Shown here: positions 1 through 9,044 of the stretch, piece by piece
How positions within the stretch are numbered: the stretch's first letter is position 1
How the letters are laid out: each line of letters starts with the position of its first letter
NCBI GenBank assembly: GCA_965225945.1
Contig: CBDDBZ010000037.1
Location: 128,001-192,000 of the forward strand
Origin: Alphaproteobacteria bacterium
GTDB taxonomy: Bacteria > Pseudomonadota > Alphaproteobacteria > GCA-2731375
DNA: 64,000 nucleotides
Reading direction: 5' to 3'
Made by a program: the position numbers and the translations under genes
The notes under the pieces: model-generated
The model's database searches: none
What the model was told of the DNA's origin: nothing
What the model saw: the letters and a program-made list of their open reading frames with translations, nothing else

Positions 1-507
1 CCCGTCCATCTCGCCGCGAAAGGCGCGTTCCGCCGCAGCCGCGAAGGCGGCGACGATCTCCTCGACCTCGCCCGTGCTCATGGCGTGCGGCATCACCATC
101 GCCACGGATGGGTCCGGCGAGGGGACGGCGGAGGGCGCGAGGCTCGGCCGTTGCAGCCAGGCGGTGGCGTCCGAGACGCGGCGCCCCCGGTGGCCCATCT
201 GCGCCAGGATCGGCACGTCGTAAGCGTGCGTCGCCTCGGCGAAGCGGTGATAGACCTCGGTGATCCGCTCGTCGAAGTTGGCCAGCGAGAGCGAGGCGTC
301 GCCGTCGTAGTGCGGCACGGTGTGGCCGGTGACGATGATGGCGGCGCCGCCCTTGGCCCTCTCACGCACATAGTCGACGTAGCGTTCCGTCGGCAGGCCG
401 TCGCCAGATTGGAAATGCGCCGCGTGGCCGGTGTTCATCACCCGGTTCTTGAGGGTGTACCGCCCGACCTTGAGCGGGCTGAAGAGATGGGGAAAGGCCT
501 CGGACAT
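1..507 (-). CDS. NADH:flavin oxidoreductase (Old Yellow Enzyme family), N-terminal part, runs off the window start
   Basis: Manual translation from ATG at 507: MSEAFPHLFSPLKVGRYTLKNRVMNTGH...YVRERAKGGAAIIVTG, the typical OYE/2,4-dienoyl-CoA reductase N-terminus. Not in the ORF track because it is truncated. Confidence 0.85.
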   Translation of the reverse strand, partial: MSEAFPHLFSPLKVGRYTLKNRVMNTGHAAHFQSGDGLPTERYVDYVRERAKGGAAIIVTGHTVPHYDGDASLSLANFDERITEVYHRFAEATHAYDVPILAQMGHRGRRVSDATAWLQRPSLAPSAVPSPDPSVAMVMPHAMSTGEVEEIVAAFAAAAERAFRGEMDG

Positions 508-600
508 GCCTGTCTCCTCGAATAGACTCGGCGCGGGACGCGCCTGGGCCGATGATCCCATACCGAGAGGCATGAGTCCCGGTCGCCAGGGGAGGCGAGA

Positions 601-1956
601 TTGAGCATTCTGATCCGAGACGCGACGGTGCTGACCGTCGATGGCGACTTTCGAATCCTCGACGGCGGCGCGGTCTACGTCGAGGACGGGCGGATCGCCG
701 ATGTCGGGAGCAGCGACGAGGTGGCGGCGCGCCGGCCGAGCCCGGATCGCGTGGTCGAGGGGCGCGGCAAGGTGGTCGCCCCCGGCTTCGTCAGTACCCA
801 CAACCATGTCGGCTACACCATGTTCCGGGGCCGGGCGGAGGACGCGAGCCTCGACTGCGTGCTCGGCATGTATCTGCCGATGGGCTCCATCGCCACGCGG
901 GCGGAGCGGCTGGCGATCGGCGCCTTGAGCTATGGCGAGATGCTGCGCGGCGGCGTCACCACCGTCGTCGAGATGGAGGAGGACGCCGACGTCTTCGCCG
1001 ATCTCGTCGAACGCCTCGGCTGCCGGAGCGCCATCGGCGTGATGATCCAGGACGTCGAGGCCGACGCGGCGCGGGCCGGCGACTTTCGCTACGACCCCGC
1101 GCTCCGCGAGGCGCAGCTCGCCCAGGCGGTCGAGTTCGCCGAGACCTGGCACGGTCGCGCGGACGGGCGGATCAGCGTGATGATGACGCCCTCCATGACC
1201 ATCTTCGCCTCGCCCGAACTGCTGAGGGCATGCCGGCGGGAGGCGGATCGCCTGGGGCTCGGGCTCTCGATCCACCTCGGCTGGGGCGCGGCGGAGGTGG
1301 AGATCATCCGCCGGCTGCATGGCGTCGGCCCCGCCGAATATCTCCGTAATAACGGCCTCATGGCGGCGGACACCCTTCTCGCCCATTGCTATGTGATGGA
1401 CCAGGCCGCGACCGACCTGTTGGCGCACTCCGGGGCCTGCGTCGCCCATTGCCCGATGATCAACGCGGCCCGGGGGCAGATCGCGCCCATTCAAGAGTTT
1501 CGCCGGCGCGGTATCACCGTCGGCCTCGCCATCGACTGCCTGTTCGCCGATTATTTCGAGGTGCTGCGCACGGCGGTGCTGATGGCGCGGGTGAAGACCG
1601 GCGATCCGCTCTGCCTGCCGGCGCCGGACGCATTGCGCCTCGCCACCATCGAGGGCGCGCGTTGCCTCGGCCTGGAGGACGAGATCGGCTCCCTCGAGAT
1701 CGGCAAGCGGGCCGATCTGATGGTGATCGACTTTCGCCGGTTTGGTTTGAGGCCGATGCTCGATCCGGTGGCGAACCTCGTCTACCACGGCCATGCGAGC
1801 GATGTGGACACCGTGCTGGTCGACGGCGAAATCGTGGTCGAGGACGGCCGCCTGGTGAACGCCGACGCGGGCGAATTGCTCGACGGCGCCGAGAGCGCGG
1901 CGCAAGAGGCCTGGGCCCGCTTCCTCGCCCGCCACGGCGACATCATCGCACGCTAG
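601..1956 (+). CDS. Metal-dependent amidohydrolase (MTA/SAH deaminase, Atz/Trz-like)
   Basis: PGFVSTHNH metal motif, GGVTT, IHL, GSLEIGKRADL, VDTVLVDG. Confidence 0.85.
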   Translation: MSILIRDATVLTVDGDFRILDGGAVYVEDGRIADVGSSDEVAARRPSPDRVVEGRGKVVAPGFVSTHNHVGYTMFRGRAEDASLDCVLGMYLPMGSIATRAERLAIGALSYGEMLRGGVTTVVEMEEDADVFADLVERLGCRSAIGVMIQDVEADAARAGDFRYDPALREAQLAQAVEFAETWHGRADGRISVMMTPSMTIFASPELLRACRREADRLGLGLSIHLGWGAAEVEIIRRLHGVGPAEYLRNNGLMAADTLLAHCYVMDQAATDLLAHSGACVAHCPMINAARGQIAPIQEFRRRGITVGLAIDCLFADYFEVLRTAVLMARVKTGDPLCLPAPDALRLATIEGARCLGLEDEIGSLEIGKRADLMVIDFRRFGLRPMLDPVANLVYHGHASDVDTVLVDGEIVVEDGRLVNADAGELLDGAESAAQEAWARFLARHGDIIAR

Positions 1957-2266
1957 GGGAGCATGCCGGCGAAGCCGTCGCGCTCGTGCGTCGCGCCGTC
2001 GGGGGCCGATTTGGCCCCTCAAACGATTCAACCTGATCGGAAAATGCTCTAAATGCGCCGAATTGCCGCGCGACATCGCGGATGACGACGTTTTCGAGCG
2101 CGTTTATAATGCGATCCGAATATTCCAAATACCATCAAGATATTGAAATTCAACGCCGTTCCCGCTTCGCCGCGGCCCGGCCGAATGTCGTTCTGCAAAA
2201 AACGCCTCTCGGGCCTGAAAACCCTTAATACCGCATATATAGAAACAATGTTTTCCGCTGCTACGG

Positions 2267-3133
2267 TTGTATTTTGACACTAGATTTCCTACCTGGGGGA
2301 TTATTGCCGCGATCGAAATTTCTTATCGACGAGTCCAGCCCTTGTCCGAGCCATCGCGCTGCGAGCCGAGCCCACCCGTGCCCCGGCGGCTGAACGCGAC
2401 GCGCCACGGTCTCGCCGGCGCCGCGCCGGTGCTGCCCTGGGAGAACGCGGAGCAGAGCGCCCGGCTCCTGGAGCAGCTTCGTGGCGAGCACGCCCCCGCC
2501 GGAGCGACGGAAAGCCATCTGGTCGAGGAGCTGGCGGACATCCTCTGGCGCCGCCGCCGGCTGCGCCGCGCGGAGCACGCGGCGCACCACGACCGCCTGC
2601 GGCGGATGACTTCGGACGGGGCCTCCCACGTCAGCTCCGGCGAGTCGGCCTGGCTGGCGACGCCGCTGCTCCTGGTCTCGGACACCTCCCGCGTCGCGCC
2701 GGGCGCCGTGCGCGACGTCCTGCGCCTGGACCAGGCGGGGCGGCGCGACGCGCTGGGCGCGCTCGACGCCCGGCTCGAGGCGGCGCGCGCGGCCGGGCGC
2801 TACGCCGACGGCGCGCGGGCCACCGACGGCGGCATCGAGCGGCGTCTCGATCGGGCCTCGCGCGAGGCCTGGTATCGGGCGGCGGCGGAGACCCCGCACG
2901 ACGCTGGGGCCGAGCCGTCGCTCTTCGCGTGGCTGAACGAGACGCTCCTGCCGGCGCTCGACGCCCGCCGCGCCGTGCTGGTGTACGCGGATCTGATCCG
3001 CGACCACCTCTTCGCCAGCGCCCTCGACGAGGTGGCGCTGGAACGGCTGCAGCGCCATGACGCCACGCTCGACCGCAGGTTCGAGCGCACGCTCTCCATG
3101 CTGGTCAAGCTGAAGGCGCTGCGCGAGGCGTAG
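2267..3133 (+). CDS. Hypothetical protein with an NA(T/L)(R/K)HGL motif; true start probably near 2342-2378
   Basis: RRLNATRHGL...VLPWEN...EHAPAGATESHLVEELADILWRRRR...LQRHDATLDRRFERTL, host-like codon usage from about 2340. Confidence 0.65.
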   Translation: MYFDTRFPTWGIIAAIEISYRRVQPLSEPSRCEPSPPVPRRLNATRHGLAGAAPVLPWENAEQSARLLEQLRGEHAPAGATESHLVEELADILWRRRRLRRAEHAAHHDRLRRMTSDGASHVSSGESAWLATPLLLVSDTSRVAPGAVRDVLRLDQAGRRDALGALDARLEAARAAGRYADGARATDGGIERRLDRASREAWYRAAAETPHDAGAEPSLFAWLNETLLPALDARRAVLVYADLIRDHLFASALDEVALERLQRHDATLDRRFERTLSMLVKLKALREA

Positions 3134-3292
3134 CGTGTCGTCCGGGGTCAGGGAATCGGTTCCGAGCGCGCTCGAGCGGGTCGGCGCCTGCGATTCGACG
3201 TTCGAGACCTGGGACCCCAGTCTTGGATGCCCAAGAAAAGGAAGAAAAGGGGTCATTCTGCTTTTTGTTCCGCTCCAGCGAATAAAGTACAA

Positions 3293-4322
3293 CCTGATTA
3301 CGCACTTTACTCAGCCGGGTTGATGTGGTACAAATCATGAACAAATGGCGGTTTTTCTGGAGGTTTACAATGCCACGCAACAAGGTTCAGTTCCAGAAGG
3401 GGCTCAGCGAGCCGCGTTTTCGTGAGTTGTACGGTACCGAGGAGCAGTGTCGCGAGGCCCTGTTCCGCTGGCGCTGGCCGGAGGGGTTCGCCTGCCCCCG
3501 ATGTGGCGCCACGCGCCATTGCGAGATCGCCGGGCGAAAACTCTACCAATGCGCCGCCTGCCGTCATCAAGTTTCGCTGACCGCCGGCACGCTCTTCCAC
3601 GCGACCAAGCTGGCGCTGACCCTGTGGTTCTCGGCGATCTATCACATGACCCAATCGAAGAAAGGGATCTCCTCCCTCGAACTCGGCCGGCGGCTCGGCG
3701 TCACCCAGACCACGGCCTGGAAGATCAAGCAGAAACTGATGCAGTCCATGCTCGAGCGCGATGCCAAATTGCCGCTCACCGGGCGGGTGGAGATGGACGA
3801 TGCCTACCTCGGCGGCCGGCGTTCCGGGGCCAAGCGCGGCCGAGGCGCGCCGGGCAAGACACCGTTCGTCGCCGCCGTCCAGACCACGGCGGAGGGCCAG
3901 CCCGTGCGCATCAAGCTGCGCCGCGTCAAGGGCTTCCGCAAGAGCGAGATCGCCAAGATGGCCAAGCGCGACCTGAGCCCGCTGGCGACGGTTGTCAGCG
4001 ATGGGCTCGGCTGCTTCACCGCGGTCACCGCGTAAGGCTGTGCGCACCATCCGATACCCACCGGCTCCGGACCCGGGGCCGTCGCCGTGCCCGCCTTCAA
4101 ATGGGTCAACACCACCCTCGGCAACCTCAAAAACACCCTGCGCGGTACCTACCATGCGATCCGACCCAAGCATGTGCCGCGCTATCTGGCGGCGTTCCAG
4201 TACCGATACAACCGCCGCTACCGGCTCGCCGACATGATCGAAGCCCTCGGCCGCGATGCCCTGCGCACGCCGCCCATGCCATATCGGCTCCTGAAGTTGG
4301 CTGAGGTTAGTGCGTAATCAGG
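3293..4322 (+). mobile_element. IS1595-family insertion sequence (1030 bp)
   Basis: IRs CCTGATTACGCACTTTACTCAGCC / CCTGATTACGCACTAACCTCAGCC; 8-bp TSD AAGTACAA at 3285-3292 and 4323-4330. Confidence 0.93.
3370..4317 (+). pseudogene. IS1595 transposase with an in-frame stop
   Basis: Zn ribbon CPRC...CAAC, VEMDDAY, VVSDG, YLAAFQYRYNRR. TAA at 4033-4035 interrupts a frame that continues to 4317. Confidence 0.88.
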
Positions 4323-4344
4323 AAGTACAATGACTCCTTTTCCC

Positions 4345-4643
4345 TCGAGCGGCGTCTCGATCGGGCCTCGCGCGGGGCCTGGTATCGGGCGGCGGCGGAG
4401 ACCTCGTGCGGCCCTCGGGCCGAGCCGTCGCTCTTCGCGTGGCTGAACGAGACGCTCCTGCCGGCGCTCGAGGCCCGCCGCGCCGTGCTGGTGCATGGCG
4501 ATCTGATCCGCGACCACCTCTTCGCCAGCGCCCTCGACGAGGTGGCGCTGGAACGGCTGCAGCGCCATGACGCCACGCTCGACCGCAGGTTCGAGCGCAC
4601 GCTCTCCATGCTGGTCAAGCTGAAGGCGCTGCGCGCGGCGTAG
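4345..4643 (+). pseudogene. Duplicated 3' third of the 2267-3133 gene
   Basis: Near-identical to 2835-3133 with a handful of substitutions; no start codon. Confidence 0.85.
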
Positions 4644-4777
4644 ACTCCATCCGGGTCATGGGATCGGTTCCGAGCGCGGTCGAGGGGTCTGAAACCGGAG
4701 TACAAGAATTCTGCCTTGCACACATCGCCGGTCCCCGCCGTCGATCTCATGGAGGAGACCCAGTCGGAGCTTGCAAG

Positions 4778-4835
4778 AAAAGGGGTCATTCTGCTTTTGT
4801 TCCGCTCCGGCGAATAAAGTACAATGACCCCTTTT
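4778..4835. repeat. REP-like hairpin, copy 2 (intact)
   Basis: 13-bp perfect arms AAAAGGGGTCATT / AATGACCCCTTTT with a conserved interior. Confidence 0.85.
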
Positions 4836-4885
4836 TTCGGCCCCTAACTCAATTACTCCATATCCACGGTTTTCCTATTAGCTTA

Positions 4886-6056
4886 TACCAATCGGCATTA
4901 ATCAGAACTTATGCGCCCATTTACGCCGCCCGATGGACGTGATGTTCCATGGTTGATCGATGAGCTTGTTCCAGGCTTCGCAGCAGGAGGTGATGATCTG
5001 CTCGTCGGATTGGAAGACCAAGTTGGACAGCCAGTTGTCGCGCATGAACTGCCAGATGTTTTCGGTCGGATTGAGCTCCGGCGAGCGTGGTGGCAGGGGC
5101 AGGAGGGTAACGTTGGCGGGGATCTTCAGCTTGTCCGTGGTGTGCCAACCCGCCTGATCGAGGAGCAGGAGGGCATGCGCGCGCGCGCCTACCCGGGAGG
5201 AGATCTCCTCCAGATGCAGCTGCATGGCCTGGGTGTCGCAGTGGGGGAGCACGAGGGCGGCGCCGACGCCGCGTTCGGGACAGATGGCGCCGAAGATATA
5301 GGCTGATTTGGTGCGCTGGTCATGCGGTGCGCGGGGCCGGGTTCCGCGCCGCGCCCAGCGCCGAGTGATCTTGTTCTTCTGGCCGACACGGGCTTCGTCC
5401 TGCCACCAGATTTCTATCTCGGTGCCGGCGGGCAGGCGCCGGCGGGCTTGTGCCACCAGCTCGGGGAATTTTTTTTAAAATCCTCGATGACGCCCTCCTC
5501 CTGGGCATGGTGGCGCGGACGCGCCGTCATCTTCGTGAAGCCCATCGCCTTCAATTCCCGGCTCACCGTGGTCTCGTCGAGCGAGATCGCGAACATATCC
5601 CGGATCCAGCCCGCCAGATCCTTCAGCCGCCAGCGCACCACGCCGTCGACCGCCGGGTTCGGCCCCGCATCGACGCGTGCCCCCAGCGCCTGGCGTTGTG
5701 CATCGTCGAGCTTCGCCACCGCACCGGGCGCCTTGCGATCGATCAAGCCGTCCGGGCCCTCGGCGTTGAAATGCAACACCCAATCTCGGATCACCTGAAG
5801 CCCCACGTGGCCGGTCCGTGCCGCATCCGTCCGCCGCCCACCGTCATAGATCACCGCGAGAGCCAAGAGCCGGCGGCTCTGGCCGGCATCCTTGGAAAGC
5901 TTCGCCAAGCGACGCAGCTCCGCCGCATCGAAATCCTCTCGTAACCCGATCGCCGCTCCCATGGTGAACCTCCTCAACTCCGAATCACCGGAATTGAGTC
6001 AGAAATCATCCACCATGGGAATCCTCAAAGTGAGTCTCCCTCAAGGCCAATTGGTA
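4886..6056 (-). mobile_element. IS630-family insertion sequence
   Basis: IRs TACCAATCGGC / TACCAATTGGC, flanking TA duplication at 4884-4885 and 6057-6058, two overlapping transposase ORFs. Confidence 0.9.
4902..5962 (-). CDS. IS630 transposase, orfA (HTH) plus orfB (DDE), probably joined by a -1 frameshift
   Basis: orfA MGAAIGLREDFDAAELRRLA...VDGVVRWRLKDL; orfB WWQDEARVG, LLDQAGWH, SPELNPTENIW; slippery TTTTAAAAAAAA on the minus strand at 5469-5480. Confidence 0.88.
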
Positions 6057-6532
6057 TAAGGGGTAAATTCAAGAAACCGCCTTGGGCTAGCGATGAGGCC
6101 CATCGTCAAAAGGAATGGGAGCGTAGACAATTCTTCCGGTGCTACTCCAGAAGATTCGGAAAACAACCTTTCAAATTGCTGTCTCGTGAGAAACGCTCCA
6201 TGGTTAATATTTCGAAGCGGTCTCAACCGCTCCAAACGCGCCGGCTCGGCAGAAGCTTCGGGGCGGCTTTCTTGATGTAACTTGCGGTGAAGGCCGACGT
6301 AACAACGACGTATAGCCGGCAAGAAGGCTTCAGAGAGATCTGCAATCTTGCGCAATTCGTGGCGAACTAACCGTCTAATTTCTATCGCCTATTTAATCGA
6401 AGCGAGATTGCTAGATAGCTCGCCTTCATTAGTTGTTACCTCACCTAAATTTTTCTTCAAATTGGACGATTTGTCCAAGTATCCGAAACTGAACGTAATT
6501 CTTGGATACGGTTCTGTCGAAACCGGGGACAT
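6057..6532 (-). pseudogene. Low-GC hypothetical ORF remnant
   Basis: Frame from ATG 6532 is interrupted by TAG at 6389-6391. Removing the IS630 restores a TAA stop (…EFTP*). No recognisable domain. Confidence 0.3.
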
Positions 6533-6623
6533 GGCGTAATTGAGTTAGGGTCACCCTCCGACTAACCACGAAGTCCGCCCCGGCCTGAAGTCCGTCGGGT
6601 GGTTTCAAGAAGGAGGATGACCC

Positions 6624-6776
6624 ATGCGCGAAGTCTATGCCGGTTTGGATGTTTCCGACAAGCAGACCCACATTTGTCTGGTGGACGGTGCCGGAGCGGC
6701 GCTCTGGCGCGAAAACGGGGCCAGTATACCATTTCCATCCTCTCCAGTGGTACCGCTCGTGCCGTTCGAACGGTAG
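6624..6776 (+). pseudogene. IS110-family recombinase N-terminal stub
   Basis: AGGAGG RBS then MREVYAGLDVSDKQTHICLVDGAGAALWR, the DEDD RuvC-like start motif; similarity stops after about 30 codons. Confidence 0.7.
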
Positions 6777-6838
6777 CCCCTCCCGTGCCCCGGTGCGCCT
6801 CGGGGACTTGGGCAATCCGCGGCAAAGCGGCTCCGACA

Positions 6839-6875
6839 CCTCACCACGGTACGGCCTCATGAGGTTCCCTAAATG
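6839..6875 (+). repeat. 37-bp imperfect direct repeat, left of the TA module
   Basis: CCTCACCACGGTACGGCCTCATGAGGTTCCCTAAATG, 29/37 identical to 7704-7740. Confidence 0.6.
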
Positions 6876-6911
6876 CTATCCCCGAATTGCTTGTCCCCGA
6901 ATTTCGTGGGT

Positions 6912-7244
6912 TTATGTCGCCACCACGTTCACCGTGCCGCGTCCGCTTTTCTCTCGGCGGCGAATAACAATATCCACATCACGGTCAAAAGCCGTCAGGA
7001 AACCTATAAGACGTGCAACGGAGTACTCGCGGAAGTGCCCCCGGAGCATCCGCGAAACTTCCGGCTGAGTGATACCCATTAAGGTGCCAGCCTTCGTTTG
7101 GATCAGTTTACGGTCTTTCATAATGCGGTTGATTTCAGCCACGATTTGTGCTTTGATAAAATGCTCTTTCGCTCCAGATAGGCCCAAGTCCTGAAAGACG
7201 TTTCCAGTGCCTTTACGTGCCGTTTGTGTTTTTGTTGCGGACAT
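6912..7244 (-). CDS. XRE-family HTH antitoxin (HigA-like)
   Basis: GTGNVFQDLGL...KAQIVAEI...GITQPEVSRMLRG...YSVARLI; directly downstream of the toxin gene. Confidence 0.85.
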   Translation of the reverse strand: MSATKTQTARKGTGNVFQDLGLSGAKEHFIKAQIVAEINRIMKDRKLIQTKAGTLMGITQPEVSRMLRGHFREYSVARLIGFLTAFDRDVDIVIRRREKSGRGTVNVVAT

Positions 7245-7248
7245 GACC

Positions 7249-7620
7249 TTAGCCCTTCTTCTTTCGTCGTTCGTAGTCTTTCTCGGCGTCTTTCAAACGT
7301 TGCTTAATCAAATCCACTTCCTTTTTCGGGGTAGCTATCCCCTTCCTTGCCTTCTTCTGGAAGGCGTGAAGCATATATACCACTTCTGCGAAGCGTACCG
7401 TGTATATTGTCCGGTAGGTGTCACCGCTGTAGTTGTCCGCCACTTGCAACACGCCAGAACCAACCCCTTTGAACGATTTGGCGGCGCCATGCTTGCTACC
7501 TGTCTGAGCGAGAAACAGAGCGTAGCCCATGACATCCCTCACGTCCGACGGAAACGCCTTCAAATCCTTGTTGCTACTACGTAACCAAACTAAATCTTTC
7601 AACGACTGTTCCCTATCCAT
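7249..7620 (-). CDS. RelE/ParE-superfamily toxin (HigB/Gp49-like)
   Basis: WLRSSNKDLKAFP...GYALFLAQ...DTYRTIY...YMLHAFQKK; toxin-first gene order. Confidence 0.85.
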   Translation of the reverse strand: MDREQSLKDLVWLRSSNKDLKAFPSDVRDVMGYALFLAQTGSKHGAAKSFKGVGSGVLQVADNYSGDTYRTIYTVRFAEVVYMLHAFQKKARKGIATPKKEVDLIKQRLKDAEKDYERRKKKG

Positions 7621-7649
7621 ATAATGAGTATTTACTCATAATATGTCAA
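7621..7649 (-). promoter_or_regulatory. Sigma70 promoter with an overlapping palindromic operator for the TA operon
   Basis: TTGACA-17 nt-CATTAT on the minus strand; palindrome ATGAGTA-TT-TACTCAT at 7624-7639. Implies the toxin starts slightly downstream of the annotated ATG. Confidence 0.65.
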
Positions 7650-7703
7650 CCCCTCTCGCGTGGTTCGGTGGCGCGGGTGATGCGCGCCACGCCGGCCCCG
7701 GCG

Positions 7704-7740
7704 CCTCACCGAGGTACGGCCTCAAGAGTCCTCGTAAATG
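7704..7740 (+). repeat. 37-bp imperfect direct repeat, right of the TA module
   Basis: CCTCACCGAGGTACGGCCTCAAGAGTCCTCGTAAATG. Confidence 0.6.
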
Positions 7741-7828
7741 GCGGACCTCGACTTCGTGAAATCAAGCTGTCTGTTCCCGTATCCGCCTCTCGCCTGGACA
7801 ACCCCGCCCGCGCGGCTCCGACAGCGCG

Positions 7829-8599
7829 CTAAATCGCGGTCATGCCGCCGTCGATCACCAGCTCGGCGCCGGTGACGAACGAGGCCTCGTCGCTCGCCAG
7901 GTAGAGCATGCCGTTGGCGATGTCCTCGGCGACGCCGAGCCGGCCCATCGGCGTCTTGCGCAAAAGCTCTTCGCGGAGCTCGGGATCGGCGAAGCGGGTC
8001 TCCGTCAACGGCGTGTCGGCGTAGCCCGGATGCACCGAATTGATCCGGATCCCCTCCTTGGCATATTGCAGCGCCGCCGACTTGGTGAACAGGCGGATCG
8101 CCCCCTTGGCGGCGGAATAGGCCGGCGTGGTGGGACTGCCGACGATGCCCATCACCGAGGAGGTGTTGACGATGGAGCCGCCGCCGCGCGCGCGCATCGC
8201 CGCAATCGCGTGCTTGGTGCCGAGGAAGACGCCCTTGGCATGGACCGCCATCTCGCGGTCCCAGATCTCCTCCGCCATCTCCTCGACCATCATCGGATAG
8301 GCGGCGCCGGCGTTGTTGATCAAAATGTCGAGCCCGCCGAAGGTTTCCACCGTATAGCCGACCGCGCGAACCCAGTCGGCCTCGACGGTGACGTCGAGAT
8401 GGAGGTAGCGGGCCTCCTTGCCGGCGTCGCGCATGATCTGGACCGCGCGCGCGCCCAATTCGTCGCGAATGTCGCTCAGCACCACCTTGGCGCCCTCGCG
8501 CAGGAAAATATGCGCCGCCTGGCCGCCGAAGCCCATCAACTCGCCCTCGATCGCCGCCGCCGCGCCGGTGATCAACGCCACCTTGTCCTTCAAACGCAT
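7829..8599 (-). CDS. Short-chain dehydrogenase/reductase
   Basis: TGA...GFG, NNAG, YSAAK, IRINSVHPG, VTGAELVIDGG. Confidence 0.92.
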   Translation of the reverse strand: MRLKDKVALITGAAAAIEGELMGFGGQAAHIFLREGAKVVLSDIRDELGARAVQIMRDAGKEARYLHLDVTVEADWVRAVGYTVETFGGLDILINNAGAAYPMMVEEMAEEIWDREMAVHAKGVFLGTKHAIAAMRARGGGSIVNTSSVMGIVGSPTTPAYSAAKGAIRLFTKSAALQYAKEGIRINSVHPGYADTPLTETRFADPELREELLRKTPMGRLGVAEDIANGMLYLASDEASFVTGAELVIDGGMTAI

Positions 8600-8693
8600 G
8601 GTTCTCCCTCCTTCTCGATACCCGCGCCCATCCTACAGCGTCGTCCGCGCCCACGGAATCGCCGAGCCTTCCTCGCCCGTCGCGCCGGCGCGC

Positions 8694-8891
8694 GTCATCG
8701 CGAGTGAGGGAAACGAGCGTGGCGATCCAGCGGGCGCCGATGCCTCGCAATTTCGTCGACGCAACGGACGCCGCCCTCGGGAAGATAAGGGGACGCAATA
8801 CTTAACCTCACGAAGATAGATATAGCGTCCCTTTATCCTTGGTCGACGCGTGGGGCGCGGCCCTGGATCGCCACGCTTCGCTCTCGATGAC
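8694..8891. repeat. Composite palindromic (RIME/REP-like) intergenic element
   Basis: Outer arms GTCATCG / CGATGAC; 15-bp arms AGCGTGGCGATCCAG (8716-8730) / CTGGATCGCCACGCT (8863-8877); nested hairpin GATAAGGGGACGC...GCGTCCCTTTATC (8784-8837). Confidence 0.7.
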
Positions 8892-9044
8892 GGTCGTGAC
8901 GCGCTCGGCGCCTCGCGACGACGGCGACGTGCCGGCGGTTCCCCATGATCGACGGCTAGCGCTCCGGCGAAACCGGTTTGCATCGCCATCGGCCTCGACC
9001 CAATATGCGCACCGCCGAGGAATCGGGGGAAGGGGAGCGGGGGA

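Larger units (their letters stand above)
3245..4341. repeat. REP-like ~59-bp hairpin, copy 1, split by IS1595 (3245-3292 plus 4331-4341)
   Basis: AAAAGGGGTCATTCTGCTTTTTGTTCCGCTCCAGCGAATAAAGTACAA|TGACTCCTTTT matches the copies at 4778 and 53798. Confidence 0.8.

Noticed and set aside
5469-5480. Split IS630 transposase
   Set aside because: A two-ORF arrangement with an A-run frameshift is standard for IS630.
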